Origin: a virus
Lineage: Duplodnaviria; Heunggongvirae; Uroviricota; Caudoviricetes
IMG/VR virus record: IMGVR_UViG_3300010234_000001
Coordinates: 1 to 50,611 of that record
DNA: 50,611 nucleotides
Strand: one strand, 5' to 3'
Position numbers and translations under genes: made by a program
Shown here: one piece after another, positions 34,320-44,051 of the stretch
How positions within the stretch are numbered: the stretch's first letter is position 1
How the letters are laid out: every line of letters starts with the position of its first letter
Notes under the pieces: generated by a model
The model's database searches: none
Told to the model about the DNA's origin: nothing
The model's input: only the letters and a program-made list of their open reading frames with translations

Positions 34320-34892
34320 ATGAACCTAGAACCAGAAGAGACATACCGACTATACCTTGCAATTAAAGCGCATTTCAAGTCGGACTACGATTACTTCAAA
34401 TACCACGGCAAAGTTAAGACGGGAGATTTTAGAAAGCGAAAGGATCGCTTTGCATTCCATAGACTGGCTAAAAAGTATGATAACGAAGACATTATTGATT
34501 TTTTGGTTTCAAACTGCGTTTATCTACCGGAAAAAGACTTTTGGATATCAAATCTATTGTCGGTGGATTCCGACATTATATTTCAGCGATTTAGAGAATA
34601 CAAACAAAATTTTCCAAAACATTTCATTGAAGAAATAAAACAGTTGCGGAAAGAATTTCCGCGATTTTTGGCTGTGGAAAACGGCCAGCTACCTTACATC
34701 ATTAAAGGGTTGATTGGCGGGCATGTCTCTTATCAGACTGTTGTCGCCACAAATCAGGTTTGCCCTTTTTATGACGATATCGAAGATGACCTAATATGGC
34801 CGGATGTTCGGACGAAATTAGTCAACTTCAAGCCGTTCGTGTGGTTTGACCACGCGGAGACCGCAGCGGTGCTGCGACAAGAAGTGACTTGA
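34320..34892 (+). CDS. 59: helicase loader (gp59-like)
   Basis: Y..YLAIK.HF..YDYFKY.GK, F.KRKDR..F..L..KY. Confidence 0.85.
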   Translation: MNLEPEETYRLYLAIKAHFKSDYDYFKYHGKVKTGDFRKRKDRFAFHRLAKKYDNEDIIDFLVSNCVYLPEKDFWISNLLSVDSDIIFQRFREYKQNFPKHFIEEIKQLRKEFPRFLAVENGQLPYIIKGLIGGHVSYQTVVATNQVCPFYDDIEDDLIWPDVRTKLVNFKPFVWFDHAETAAVLRQEVT

Positions 34893-34917
34893 CAAACCAA
34901 TTATATTATGCTATACT
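34889..34917 (+). promoter_or_regulatory. promoter for gene 32
   Basis: TTGACA-N17-TATACT with TG extension. Confidence 0.8.
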
Positions 34918-34986
34918 ACTTTTTTATTATGTGATCCGTGAACAAGAATATACATTTAACATACTATTACACACGGAGAAACAAGT

Positions 34987-35910
34987 ATGGATTTTAAGAC
35001 ACTAAAAAAGTCTGCTAAGGACTTTTCATCACTATCTAAGAAGATCGAAGAAATTAACAACCCAAAGTCCTCATATGGGGATGAAGACGAAAACTTCTGG
35101 CAGCCCGAAGTGGATAAGAGCGGGAATGGCTATGCGGTTATTCGGTTCCTGCCACAACCGGCAGCGGACGGTGACGAAGGAACTCCCTTCGTTCATTACT
35201 TCCGACACGCATTTCAGGGTCCGGAAGGTGATTGGTATATTGAAAACGATCTAACTACGCTTGGTAAGAAAGACCCTTGCACGGATTACAATAACGTACT
35301 CTGGAAGAAAGGTCATGAAGATCAGGCAAGAAAACAGAAAAGAAAACTATACTACGTTTCGAATATTCTCGTAATCGAAGACCCGGCAAATCCGGAAAAC
35401 GAAGGAAAGATTTTCTACTACCGTTACGGTAAGAAGATTTTTGAGAAGATCGAAGCGGCAATGCACCCGAAGTTCAAGGATCAGGAAGGATACAATCCGT
35501 TCGATCTTTGGGAAGGTGCAAACTTCAGCTTAAGAATTATGAAGAAGGACGGTTTCAGAAACTATGACGAATCAAGCTTTGCACCGCGAAGCGAGGTTGG
35601 TGAGAGTGATGCGGACCGCGAAAGAATTTGGAAGGCGGAACGTACCCTTCTAAAGTTCACGAATCCGGATCGATTCAAGAGCTATGAAGACCTTCAGGAG
35701 AGACTAGAGACGGTTCTAGGCATTGACTTGGAAGCAATCCTTAACAAGAAAAAGGAACGTGCAACCACAGTCTCGGAAGTCGCAAAGAAACCGGAGCCAA
35801 GAACGGTCGAAGATGACGATGCTGAAGAAGCGGTCCATGAAATGGATGAAGATGAGGATGACAGCGGAGACTTGGATTCCCAAGTTGAAGCAATCCTTAA
35901 AGGCAAATAA
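34987..35910 (+). CDS. 32: single-stranded DNA-binding protein (gp32-like)
   Basis: DKSGNGYAVIRFLP, WYIEN, KRKL.Y.SNI, YGKKIF, GANF.L, NYD.S.F; acidic tail. Confidence 0.95.
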   Translation: MDFKTLKKSAKDFSSLSKKIEEINNPKSSYGDEDENFWQPEVDKSGNGYAVIRFLPQPAADGDEGTPFVHYFRHAFQGPEGDWYIENDLTTLGKKDPCTDYNNVLWKKGHEDQARKQKRKLYYVSNILVIEDPANPENEGKIFYYRYGKKIFEKIEAAMHPKFKDQEGYNPFDLWEGANFSLRIMKKDGFRNYDESSFAPRSEVGESDADRERIWKAERTLLKFTNPDRFKSYEDLQERLETVLGIDLEAILNKKKERATTVSEVAKKPEPRTVEDDDAEEAVHEMDEDEDDSGDLDSQVEAILKGK

Positions 35911-35920
35911 TACCAACATG

Positions 35921-35948
35921 GAAACGGGGCGGGAAACTGCCCCGTTTC
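35921..35948. terminator. terminator hairpin between convergent genes
   Basis: gaaacggggcgg-GAAA-ctgccccgtttc. Confidence 0.85.
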
Positions 35949-35952
35949 TTCG

Positions 35953-38900
35953 TTATACGATGGTACGAAGCTCTTCGTCCGTCATAAGTCGGGCCGCATT
36001 CACATGTTCCTGCGCCGAAGATGGCTTGGTAGGCTTTGACGCCGTTTCATAACCGCCCGGTGGTGGTTCCCCCGCCGTTACCGCATCAACTTCAGCCGCT
36101 TTGGCTTCCGCTTTCTTTCTCACGTCAATTACTTCTTTACGAATATCAGCCAATTCTCTCCCGAGTTGCATAAATCTTTCTTCGCCTATTTCTTCCGATG
36201 AAGATGCGCCGGAAAGTTCCGGAATGATTTCATTTGCCCTTCCCCCACCCTCTTGGGCCAAAAGTTTCGCAGCAGTGGATCGCATTCTTACGAGGTTTTG
36301 ATCTGATGTCATGACGGGTTTAGTCCATGGACCGCCCGCACCTTGGAAATGTCCACCTTCCAATTGCATCTGTCCATAACTATATGCGTCATTTATCCAT
36401 TTCGGATTGTCGGGTGAAGCAATATTTGCACCAGTAATTCCTTCCCGTATAGATTTACCAATCATAGTGGAAAATACTTCCGGATTGGAATCCGCAGTTA
36501 GTCTTTTTCCATCCGTCGTTACTGCCACCATAGTTCCATTTCCACCAGTGATACTCGACAATCCATTAGTGGCAGCATAATCTTCAAGCCAAGTTTTTAC
36601 TTCCGGATATGTATCAAAACCGGTAACAACCGGCTTTTTAGTTGCGGATGATGTTGGAGCGGCGACAGCTTTAGCGGCCTGTTCCGCCACCAACTTTCTC
36701 TGTTCCGCAACCCATGCATCAACATCAACTCTCGGTATTTCATCCTGTTCGGACCAAATTTTCTTAACTTCGGCTAATCCGGGACCGCCACCCCAAATAT
36801 CGGTTTCCCATGGAACCATTCCAATATGATGGCGACCCTCTTGCATATAACCTGCCCCGCCCGGCGCACCAGTACCGACACCAAAACCGGTTAATCCGGC
36901 AGCAATATTTCTCCGATAAATTCTTCGAAGAATTTCGGCATCTTTGGGATTAGTCCACTTAAGAACGCGACCATTCAATGTATAGTCAATATCTGCCGCT
37001 CTACCACCAATTGGATTACCATCTTCATCATATTCAGTATCATGCAGAGAAGTTCCTACTCTCGGTCCTTTACCGGCTTGGTGCTGTCCACCGGAAGCAA
37101 CCACTGCTTCCAAACCATCCATAAAGCTAACACCATAAGCTAGTGAAGCTTTAAGTTCTGGATCAATTGGAAGTTTTCTCGTTCTAGCAACATCACTTTG
37201 TTCTTCCCGAACACGATCCAATGGATCACCAAGTTTTGCACGTCTTTCCTTATCCTCTTGGAATTCATACGTATTGAGATATCCAAAACTTGGATCGCGG
37301 GGAGCAAACGAATATCCTTCGGACGATTTACCGTATGACGCTCTGGCGGCCTGTAAAGCCGATCTAACTTCAGCAACCGAATGTGATGACCTATTACCGT
37401 GACCATAATAAGAATTTCCCGTTTTTGGATTTGGCATCGATGCAAATTCTTTCGCAATATCCATCATTGCCGCATCAATATTATCACTATCCCCACGAAT
37501 ATATGCGGCTAGATTTGGTCTCTGGCCGTTCATTATCAAATTTTGCGCAAGTATTCTCTGACTTCTCTCATCAAATAAATCATCTTTGGATAAACCGGAA
37601 CCCGGAAAAGCAACAGTTTTTAAAGTTGATGGAATAAATTGCATATAACCGGCAGCAAAAAGTTTACCAGAAGCTTGTGCCGCCATAACTTCACCAATTG
37701 TCATTTCAGTTAAGTCTTTTCCAAGATATTTGGAAGCGTCATTTGTGCTTCCAATAATACTACCATGTCTGGTACCTTTATTCATAGAATTGTATCCGCC
37801 TTCACCGGAAGAAACAAATTCTAATAGTCCATCCAATCCGGAATTGTTTGGTTTCATTGGAATAACTCCACCCAAACCAGCCATTTGTTCACCCGGCTTT
37901 AATGGGGGAAGTTTAGGTCCGGATGATCCACCATTTCTGTTACCACTGCCACTGCCACTGCCACTGCCACTGCCACCCCCGCGACTGGTTGATCCCCAAC
38001 CCCGCGTATGACCGAGACCGGAATAAATCGAAAGACTGCCGGATGTTGTTCCATCAAAGAAACCGTGCCCAATATCACGACCGCCAAGTCCGCGACCGAA
38101 ACTAGGACCAAATCCGCTGCGCGAACCGGTTTCTCCGCCACTATCATATTGACCACCCCCAAGCGATGCGTAGCTTACGCCTCCACCACCATCATCATAT
38201 GATGCGAAACTAATTCCACCACCGGGACCGCCCCTATTACCCCTTCCTCTACCCGCCGCTGCTTGTGCTACGGCGCGGGAACGCGACGAAGGTGGCGGTG
38301 CTGCATTAAGATCGGTTGATGATGAAGAAGATGATGATCCAATTCGTTCAAGAATGGAAGGATTTTGGAATTTACCCCTTTTGAAAAAGCGGTAGCCCAT
38401 TTTTTCCTTTCCAATCTGTATAATCATATCATACAGTTCGGAATAAGTTAATATTCTCTGACCATCAATAGACTTAACTGTTGAATCTCTAGGGTCAATT
38501 TCTTTAATTACTTTATATTTTGCATCTGTTCGTAGAGATTGTTTAAGGGAATTAATGAAATCGGCATTAAACTTATTGATATTACCAGAATCATAAAGAT
38601 ATTGAGTTACTGCTTCACGCATACTTTCCACGACCTGATAAAAATCTTCATCCTCTTCCGGATAACTTCCGGGAGTTAGAACAAGATAATAAAAGTCCCT
38701 AGTCAAATTCCATAAATCTATACCAACAGCGACTGCCCCTCCAACACCACCCGTAAGAGGCATTGATATCCATGCACCCATGGCCGCAACTTCAAGACCG
38801 GCACCAAATTTATCATCGAAAACATGATATCTTATTATGGCGGAAGCGGAAGAAAATAATAGACCAGCTATCGGAATTTTTTTCAAAACAGCTTGGGAGA

Positions 38901-39678
38901 AAAACTTACCAAATTCTTTATCCAAGAAAAGTTTAATTAATCTAGCCCGTTCCGCTTTTTTTATAGCTCTCCAACCAACATACGCATCAGCGGCAATAAT
39001 AGCATCAGCGGCAATATTGGTACCTCTAGGAATACCCGCTCTACGAGGGTCCGGTTGTATTGAAAGGTGTTGTCGTCTCCATTCTGGACTTCCAGTAGGA
39101 GGATTTGCCACTGGTTTAATAGGGGCAACTTCAACTTTTGGTACTGGATGTGAAAGCGGTCTTGGTGTAAATTTTCCACCTTTAGTTCGAGTTCGCGCTT
39201 CGGCTTGCGCTCTTCTATGTTCCCGAATATCAGTCGGATCAGTTATTGCACCTTGGGGTTTAAATCGTTCCGCCATTGGAGAACCCGCTTGTCTGACCGC
39301 ATTAGCGCGTCCCCGTCTCTTCAGCGCATTGAGTGCAGCGGCACCCGCCAGTCCCGGAACAAGAAATCCGAGAATGCTACTTAGGATACCGCCGAATAGG
39401 CTAGAATCATCTAGATTTTTTTTTTGAATATCGTTTATTCTGTTTCGAATATACGTGGTATCCGCTTTAATTGCCGTAGCGGTTGTGGATATTCGATTAA
39501 GCGTGATGGTTTGCTTGTGGGTGGTGCGTTTGAAAGTCCCTACTGGACTCGCAATCGCATCCTCCACAAGATCGGGGACTTTAGCTTCCAACTCGTCGTT
39601 AACAACGTCCCGAAGTCCTTCCCGGAATCGGTGCATCGAAAAACGGTCGGTAATGTTTTGTGCTATATCAAAGGGCAC
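35953..39678 (-). CDS. tape-measure / baseplate-hub-like protein with muramidase and metallopeptidase-like domains (start GTG 39678 or 39747)
   Basis: Follows the gp26- and gp51-like genes; hydrophobic LKKIPIAGL segment; SGEGGYNSMN..LTEMTI.EV...AAG.MQFIP.TL...EFAS.P lysozyme-like; SLHD...GRAADI...HHIG. Confidence 0.7.
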   Translation of the reverse strand: MPFDIAQNITDRFSMHRFREGLRDVVNDELEAKVPDLVEDAIASPVGTFKRTTHKQTITLNRISTTATAIKADTTYIRNRINDIQKKNLDDSSLFGGILSSILGFLVPGLAGAAALNALKRRGRANAVRQAGSPMAERFKPQGAITDPTDIREHRRAQAEARTRTKGGKFTPRPLSHPVPKVEVAPIKPVANPPTGSPEWRRQHLSIQPDPRRAGIPRGTNIAADAIIAADAYVGWRAIKKAERARLIKLFLDKEFGKFFSQAVLKKIPIAGLLFSSASAIIRYHVFDDKFGAGLEVAAMGAWISMPLTGGVGGAVAVGIDLWNLTRDFYYLVLTPGSYPEEDEDFYQVVESMREAVTQYLYDSGNINKFNADFINSLKQSLRTDAKYKVIKEIDPRDSTVKSIDGQRILTYSELYDMIIQIGKEKMGYRFFKRGKFQNPSILERIGSSSSSSSTDLNAAPPPSSRSRAVAQAAAGRGRGNRGGPGGGISFASYDDGGGGVSYASLGGGQYDSGGETGSRSGFGPSFGRGLGGRDIGHGFFDGTTSGSLSIYSGLGHTRGWGSTSRGGGSGSGSGSGSGNRNGGSSGPKLPPLKPGEQMAGLGGVIPMKPNNSGLDGLLEFVSSGEGGYNSMNKGTRHGSIIGSTNDASKYLGKDLTEMTIGEVMAAQASGKLFAAGYMQFIPSTLKTVAFPGSGLSKDDLFDERSQRILAQNLIMNGQRPNLAAYIRGDSDNIDAAMMDIAKEFASMPNPKTGNSYYGHGNRSSHSVAEVRSALQAARASYGKSSEGYSFAPRDPSFGYLNTYEFQEDKERRAKLGDPLDRVREEQSDVARTRKLPIDPELKASLAYGVSFMDGLEAVVASGGQHQAGKGPRVGTSLHDTEYDEDGNPIGGRAADIDYTLNGRVLKWTNPKDAEILRRIYRRNIAAGLTGFGVGTGAPGGAGYMQEGRHHIGMVPWETDIWGGGPGLAEVKKIWSEQDEIPRVDVDAWVAEQRKLVAEQAAKAVAAPTSSATKKPVVTGFDTYPEVKTWLEDYAATNGLSSITGGNGTMVAVTTDGKRLTADSNPEVFSTMIGKSIREGITGANIASPDNPKWINDAYSYGQMQLEGGHFQGAGGPWTKPVMTSDQNLVRMRSTAAKLLAQEGGGRANEIIPELSGASSSEEIGEERFMQLGRELADIRKEVIDVRKKAEAKAAEVDAVTAGEPPPGGYETASKPTKPSSAQEHVNAARLMTDEELRTIV
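37943..37976. repeat. hexamer microsatellite (CCACTG)x5+ encoding a Gly-Ser linker
   Basis: Direct tandem repeat. Confidence 0.9.
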
Positions 39679-39895
39679 TATCTCTAAACCTTTGTGCTTG
39701 TTTTGCCAACAGGGTTGCTTCCCTGTCTCTTCTATCTTCGTTTTCACGCTTTATGTGCGCGGCAATCATGTCAACATAAACCTGTCTTTCCCATGGAATC
39801 ATTTCATTCAAATCGGAAAGACTGTACTTATGAAAATGCATCAAGGTAAAATTAGTCTTCATATGGTTGGCGAGGCTATCCCTGCTCGCCATCAT
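39668..39895 (-). CDS. 51: gp51-like baseplate hub assembly protein (may also be made as a frameshift extension of the gp26-like protein)
   Basis: TNF.LM.FHKYSLSDL.EMIPWER.VYV. Confidence 0.85.
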   Translation of the reverse strand: MMASRDSLANHMKTNFTLMHFHKYSLSDLNEMIPWERQVYVDMIAAHIKRENEDRRDREATLLAKQAQRFRDSAL

Positions 39896-40605
39896 TAAAA
39901 AAAACTTGCCAAATCCCTGTAGATAAACTTATGAACAAATCCGCAGTTCGTGCACGTATGTTCCTTGTTTACCTCAAATCTTGGCAGATCGGCCAACCAT
40001 TTTTCAATCTTGTCGAATTGATCCTTGGTAAGCGAATCAAAAAATTCAATAACTTCTTCATCCGTTTGATCGGCAAGGGGATATACTTGCGTCTGATCAT
40101 AGACAAGCTTAACAGCGCTGCGAAGAAGCTTGACCCCATATTTATCTTCCGTAGTTGTGTCCTTGACGGAATCAAACGTTGGAAACTGCATCTGCACGCC
40201 AATATTTTCGCCAAGCTTGATATCCATCTTAGGCTTTTCGTTGCCAACCGTTTCGACGGCCTTTAGGTCATATTCGATCTTGAAAGGCGTTCCGCATACT
40301 TTATCGCCAGTAACGTTGTCGCAACGATACTCGTTCTCAATCTTGCTTCCGACCGACTGAATGTTTAGCGTAAGCAGCACGTATTCAACATCAAACACGG
40401 GTTGCTTGTCAACATCAAATCCTTCGGTAATAACGCAATTCGTCACAATTTGTCGAATCGCATCGCGTATTGCTTGATCACTGCCATCCTGTGCGGCAGT
40501 AAGAATAATTTTGTCTTCTTTAACTAGGAAAGATCGATAATCGATTTGCTTTCCGGATGGTAGTGTTAGTGATGATATTGGGACATCAATTTTTGGTAGT
40601 GCCAT
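39895..40605 (-). CDS. 26: gp26-like baseplate hub subunit / chaperone
   Basis: MALPKI..P...L.LPS....YR.FLVKE.KI, FDVEY, SVG, CxxC, ends LASFF. Confidence 0.85.
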   Translation of the reverse strand: MALPKIDVPISSLTLPSGKQIDYRSFLVKEDKIILTAAQDGSDQAIRDAIRQIVTNCVITEGFDVDKQPVFDVEYVLLTLNIQSVGSKIENEYRCDNVTGDKVCGTPFKIEYDLKAVETVGNEKPKMDIKLGENIGVQMQFPTFDSVKDTTTEDKYGVKLLRSAVKLVYDQTQVYPLADQTDEEVIEFFDSLTKDQFDKIEKWLADLPRFEVNKEHTCTNCGFVHKFIYRDLASFF

Positions 40606-40624
40606 TTTAAGATTTCACTCCTGT

Positions 40625-41296
40625 TTATCTTGGTGGTCTTGCCCGCCATTGCGCGGCTATGGATGTATCCAGTGTTTCATTAGCATTTTCCAAACCGGAT
40701 ACTTGATTAGTATTTGGAAAAAGTGTTTGTTCTTGATGGGTTCTCCAATGAAGAAATGTGAACGTAACCTGAAGTCGATGAAAATTATCTTCCGCCCAAT
40801 TCATGCTTAGCGGACTGACCATAATCGGATATGCGTGTTCCAATCCTATTTTGTATGTCGCTCTTAGTCCATTATCCCCTTCAATCTCGCTGAATTGCCA
40901 AATATCTATGTTGGTTGCGTAATTATCCCGATATTCGAAGTCATACGTCGTTTTCGGGTTAATTAATTCAATCCATCTATCAAAGAATTCTTTCTCAAGC
41001 ATTTCATTTCTGACAAGAAACGATAGATTCATTTCCAAATAAGCGGATTGGAACGGCAGCTTAAAGTTTGGACCATAATATCTTACATCACCCACGTTAA
41101 GCGCCCTTCCGGGAAATTCGGCCACATCACACAAAAACATCAAATCTTCCGCAAAATCCGCCGTCAAGAGGCGAAAATTGTTAATTTGGACGCCAAATCT
41201 GGCGGATTTCGCCAGATCACCGAATTTACCGAGTGTCGAGCGAAATCGTTGAATTTCGTTAATTTGTGGGGTATTTGGTATATCGTATGTTGCCAT
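40625..41296 (-). CDS. tail-tube-fold protein (gp54/gp19-like baseplate-tube initiator)
   Basis: RF.V.I, C...EFPG, FFD.W...I, AYP.......W......L.VTF.F. Confidence 0.7.
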   Translation of the reverse strand: MATYDIPNTPQINEIQRFRSTLGKFGDLAKSARFGVQINNFRLLTADFAEDLMFLCDVAEFPGRALNVGDVRYYGPNFKLPFQSAYLEMNLSFLVRNEMLEKEFFDRWIELINPKTTYDFEYRDNYATNIDIWQFSEIEGDNGLRATYKIGLEHAYPIMVSPLSMNWAEDNFHRLQVTFTFLHWRTHQEQTLFPNTNQVSGLENANETLDTSIAAQWRARPPR

Positions 41297-42043
41297 TTAT
41301 GGATTTCTTCTTCTGTTTCTTCTTCCGCTCTGGTGCGGTCCTGTGCCTGCAATTCGGGAACTTTCCCTCCAAACATACTCTTTTGGCTTCTTCTGGAAGT
41401 TTTCAACCGGCAAGAATAGCGAATATTCCCATTCGGATGGTTTTACTTCGGAAAACGGGCTTCTGACATGCGCCCAAAGGTATCTCTTAAGCATTGGCTT
41501 AACAAATCTTGAACCGGCGAATGATTTTAGCACCATATATGATAGTCTTAGTCTCGCTTTATCGCTTAGCGACGTGTCATCAACGAATCTCATAAGTTGC
41601 GCGAGTATTCGTATTCTAATATTTGGTTTCAAATAGTGCAAATTAATGCCATAAAATCCGTCCTTAGTGAATTCGAACGGGAAAATTAGTGGAAAAGCGT
41701 CCCAATACGGAAGTTTTTTTTTCCATTTTGCATCATAAACGAAGAAATATAGCTTGCCTATTTCCGGTGTAGCTCTTCTTTGCTTGCGATTAGCCATAAT
41801 GTCTTTATGGCGATCAACAGTCATATTTCTGACGCGGCGTTGTAGCCACATTCGGGATTCCTGCTTTTTATTAGCAATTCCCTTTTGTTCAATCTCCATC
41901 TTGATGCGATCCAAGAGTGGAATACTATAAATTTTACCCGCCGCATCCCTCATAGTGCCAAGAAAGCGTTCGGTTGCCTTATTTTTTATTCTTATTAGTC
42001 TTTGTCTTAGCTTTTCTAGACTTGGTAACCTTAACTTCGCCAT
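41297..42043 (-). CDS. 2: DNA end protector (gp2-like)
   Basis: GKLYFF.YDAK.K..LPYWD.FPL, G.NLHYL, KRYL..HVRS, LP.E.F.K. Confidence 0.9.
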   Translation of the reverse strand: MAKLRLPSLEKLRQRLIRIKNKATERFLGTMRDAAGKIYSIPLLDRIKMEIEQKGIANKKQESRMWLQRRVRNMTVDRHKDIMANRKQRRATPEIGKLYFFVYDAKWKKKLPYWDAFPLIFPFEFTKDGFYGINLHYLKPNIRIRILAQLMRFVDDTSLSDKARLRLSYMVLKSFAGSRFVKPMLKRYLWAHVRSPFSEVKPSEWEYSLFLPVENFQKKPKEYVWRESSRIAGTGPHQSGRRNRRRNP

Positions 42044-42497
42044 TATTTTTGTATTTGCCTAACTCTTTTTCCGTGATGATTTGAAATTCGTATCCTTTGG
42101 ATTCACACCAGTGCTTTGCCGCTGTCCACTTGGATTTGTTGATTCCCCATGCGTGAACTTCTTGTAGAAATCTTTTAGTAACTCGCTCGGGTTTCTTTGG
42201 TTCTCTTGTTTGTTCCAAAGGTTTAACCTCCATGATGCATTCTTTAATATTCCCATCTTTATCTCTCAATTTTACGTAAAAATCCGGAAAATATCTCCGT
42301 CTACGCTTCATTTTATCCCACGGGGAGAAGTATGGAATCCATATTTCTTCCGAAGACCACTCCAATACGGAACTGTTTCGATCTAAATAAGACATAACGG
42401 TTCGCTCCCATCCACTTCTATAAATAATGTTAGTGGGATCACCTTTATATTTATTCGAATTCTTCGGACGAAACTTACCCTTGTGGGTTTTAAACAT
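41979..42497 (-). CDS. 4: head completion nuclease (gp4-like)
   Basis: KGKF.PKN..KYKGD..NI.YRS.WE, WSSEE, RYFPDF, EVKP..QT, N..KW.AA, I.TEKEL. Confidence 0.9.
   Translation of the reverse strand: MFKTHKGKFRPKNSNKYKGDPTNIIYRSGWERTVMSYLDRNSSVLEWSSEEIWIPYFSPWDKMKRRRRYFPDFYVKLRDKDGNIKECIMEVKPLEQTREPKKPERVTKRFLQEVHAWGINKSKWTAAKHWCESKGYEFQIITEKELGKYKNNGEVKVTKSRKAKTKTNKNKK
42419..42426 (+). promoter_or_regulatory. late promoter for the divergent gp48-gp53 unit (inside gene 4, opposite strand)
   Basis: TATAAATA about 100 nt upstream of 42524. Confidence 0.55.
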
Positions 42498-42523
42498 TCT
42501 CATACAAACTATATAGGACGAAA

Positions 42524-43582
42524 ATGGCAGACATATCACTAGATGGCGGTGCATCCAATGCGGGAGACATTATTGGTGGAGTAAAAGAATTATGGGACAA
42601 AGCCATAGATACATTTACGCCTGCCGGATTACCGGGCGATGATACACTGGATCAATCCAATTATGATTTTACGGAAAGATATTTTCCATCCAACCTTTTG
42701 GCGGATGGAAGTTTTAACAATCATTGGATTTTGTTTAACATTAACGTCAAAGATAATTCCAACTTCGCGAGTTATTTTAACCCGGAAGGGGATTTCATAA
42801 CCGAATATACAAGAACGGATGAATTATCCAAAGTTGATGCGCTAAGAACTAATATTGATCAACGATGGAGGGGTGCCGTTAATAATAGATTTGGAGTACC
42901 GCAACCGGGCGAACAATTTAGCGGTCCAAACTGGATATTCGTTCCAAGAAGAACGCGACGTATTGTCGAATCAATAGCATTATTCATGCCATCCACCGTA
43001 CAGTTTTCACAGCGGAATGACTACGAAGATATCAGCCTGACAAAATTTGCCGCCGACACAGTGGGTGGAATGGCCTCATTGCTTGGCGGTAAAAAGGCGG
43101 GGGCACTGGTGGGATCGGCATACGGTGCTGCCAGCACGATTACCGGATTGGCGCAAAATCCAATTAATCCAAGAATGGAAGTCCTGTTCTCGAAAACACC
43201 ACTCCGGGAATTCCAATTTGACTTTTTGTTTGCGCCAACAAGCCAACAAGAAACTGACAATCTTAGAAAAATATTAAGGGATTTTCGCTTCCATGCCGCT
43301 CCGGAAGTAACCAGCGTTGATGGTGGATTCGTTGAGGATTTCATAAAAGGTCTATTATGGATACCACCATCCGAATTTGATATAACATTCTATCATGGGG
43401 CAAAAGAAAATCTGGAAATTCCCCGAATCAATACATGCGCAATAACGGCCATCGACATTGACTACGCACCATCCGGTGTGTATTCAACGTTTTCGAATGG
43501 TGCGCCCGTAAGAACGCGAATGATGTTGAGATTTAGAGAACTTGAAGTTCTACACAAGCTGCGCGTGGCGCAAGGATTCTAA
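42524..43582 (+). CDS. 48: baseplate tail-tube cap (gp48-like)
   Basis: I.LFMP, INP..E.LF.....R.F.F.F.F.P....E...I...FR, P.EF.I, C....IDY.P.G, L.F.ELE. Confidence 0.85.
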   Translation: MADISLDGGASNAGDIIGGVKELWDKAIDTFTPAGLPGDDTLDQSNYDFTERYFPSNLLADGSFNNHWILFNINVKDNSNFASYFNPEGDFITEYTRTDELSKVDALRTNIDQRWRGAVNNRFGVPQPGEQFSGPNWIFVPRRTRRIVESIALFMPSTVQFSQRNDYEDISLTKFAADTVGGMASLLGGKKAGALVGSAYGAASTITGLAQNPINPRMEVLFSKTPLREFQFDFLFAPTSQQETDNLRKILRDFRFHAAPEVTSVDGGFVEDFIKGLLWIPPSEFDITFYHGAKENLEIPRINTCAITAIDIDYAPSGVYSTFSNGAPVRTRMMLRFRELEVLHKLRVAQGF

Positions 43583-43805
43583 TATGGAAGTGAAAAAACT
43601 TGAAGAAGTCGGAACTGAAGATATCGCCGCAAAAATTGAAGGAAAATGGTATTTCTTCGGCAATGCATTAAAGGCGGGTGAATTATATCAAGACCTTAGA
43701 TGCATAGCGGGACTTGATCCGGATGAAGAATTTGCTAGATTAATTAAAGAAAGTGGAATTGGTCCATACGAAACGCTGAATGAAATTAAACAATATCACA
43801 GCTAA
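43583..43805 (+). CDS. hypothetical protein (start approximate)
   Basis: MEVKKLEEV... ORF after gp48. Confidence 0.5.
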
Positions 43806-43817
43806 AGGGAAACAAGA

Positions 43818-44051
43818 ATGAAAATCAAAGAACTCGTTACCGAACTCTATGGAAAAGGTAGCATAGAAAAAATTAAGAAATATCACCGGGACGCGGAAGA
43901 CGCCGCTGATGCTAAAGTTGATCGTAATCCCACTATGGGAATCAACAAGGTCCATTCGCTGCTAAACAAGGGCCGCAAGCATGCCGCTTCGGCCGATAGA
44001 GCGGATGATCTTAGGGACAAGCGGGACGCGCTGGCAAGACGAAGAAGATAA
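43818..44051 (+). CDS. small candidate internal head protein (LYGKG module)
   Basis: MKIKELVTE|LYGKGSIEKIKKYH matches modules in 10681 and 13842. Confidence 0.6.
   Translation: MKIKELVTELYGKGSIEKIKKYHRDAEDAADAKVDRNPTMGINKVHSLLNKGRKHAASADRADDLRDKRDALARRRR

Noticed and set aside
37943-37976. Phase-variation switch or His/Cys-repeat protein (37923..38105 +)
   Set aside because: The hexamer unit preserves frame and encodes a GS linker on the coding strand; the HC-repeat ORF is its antisense shadow.
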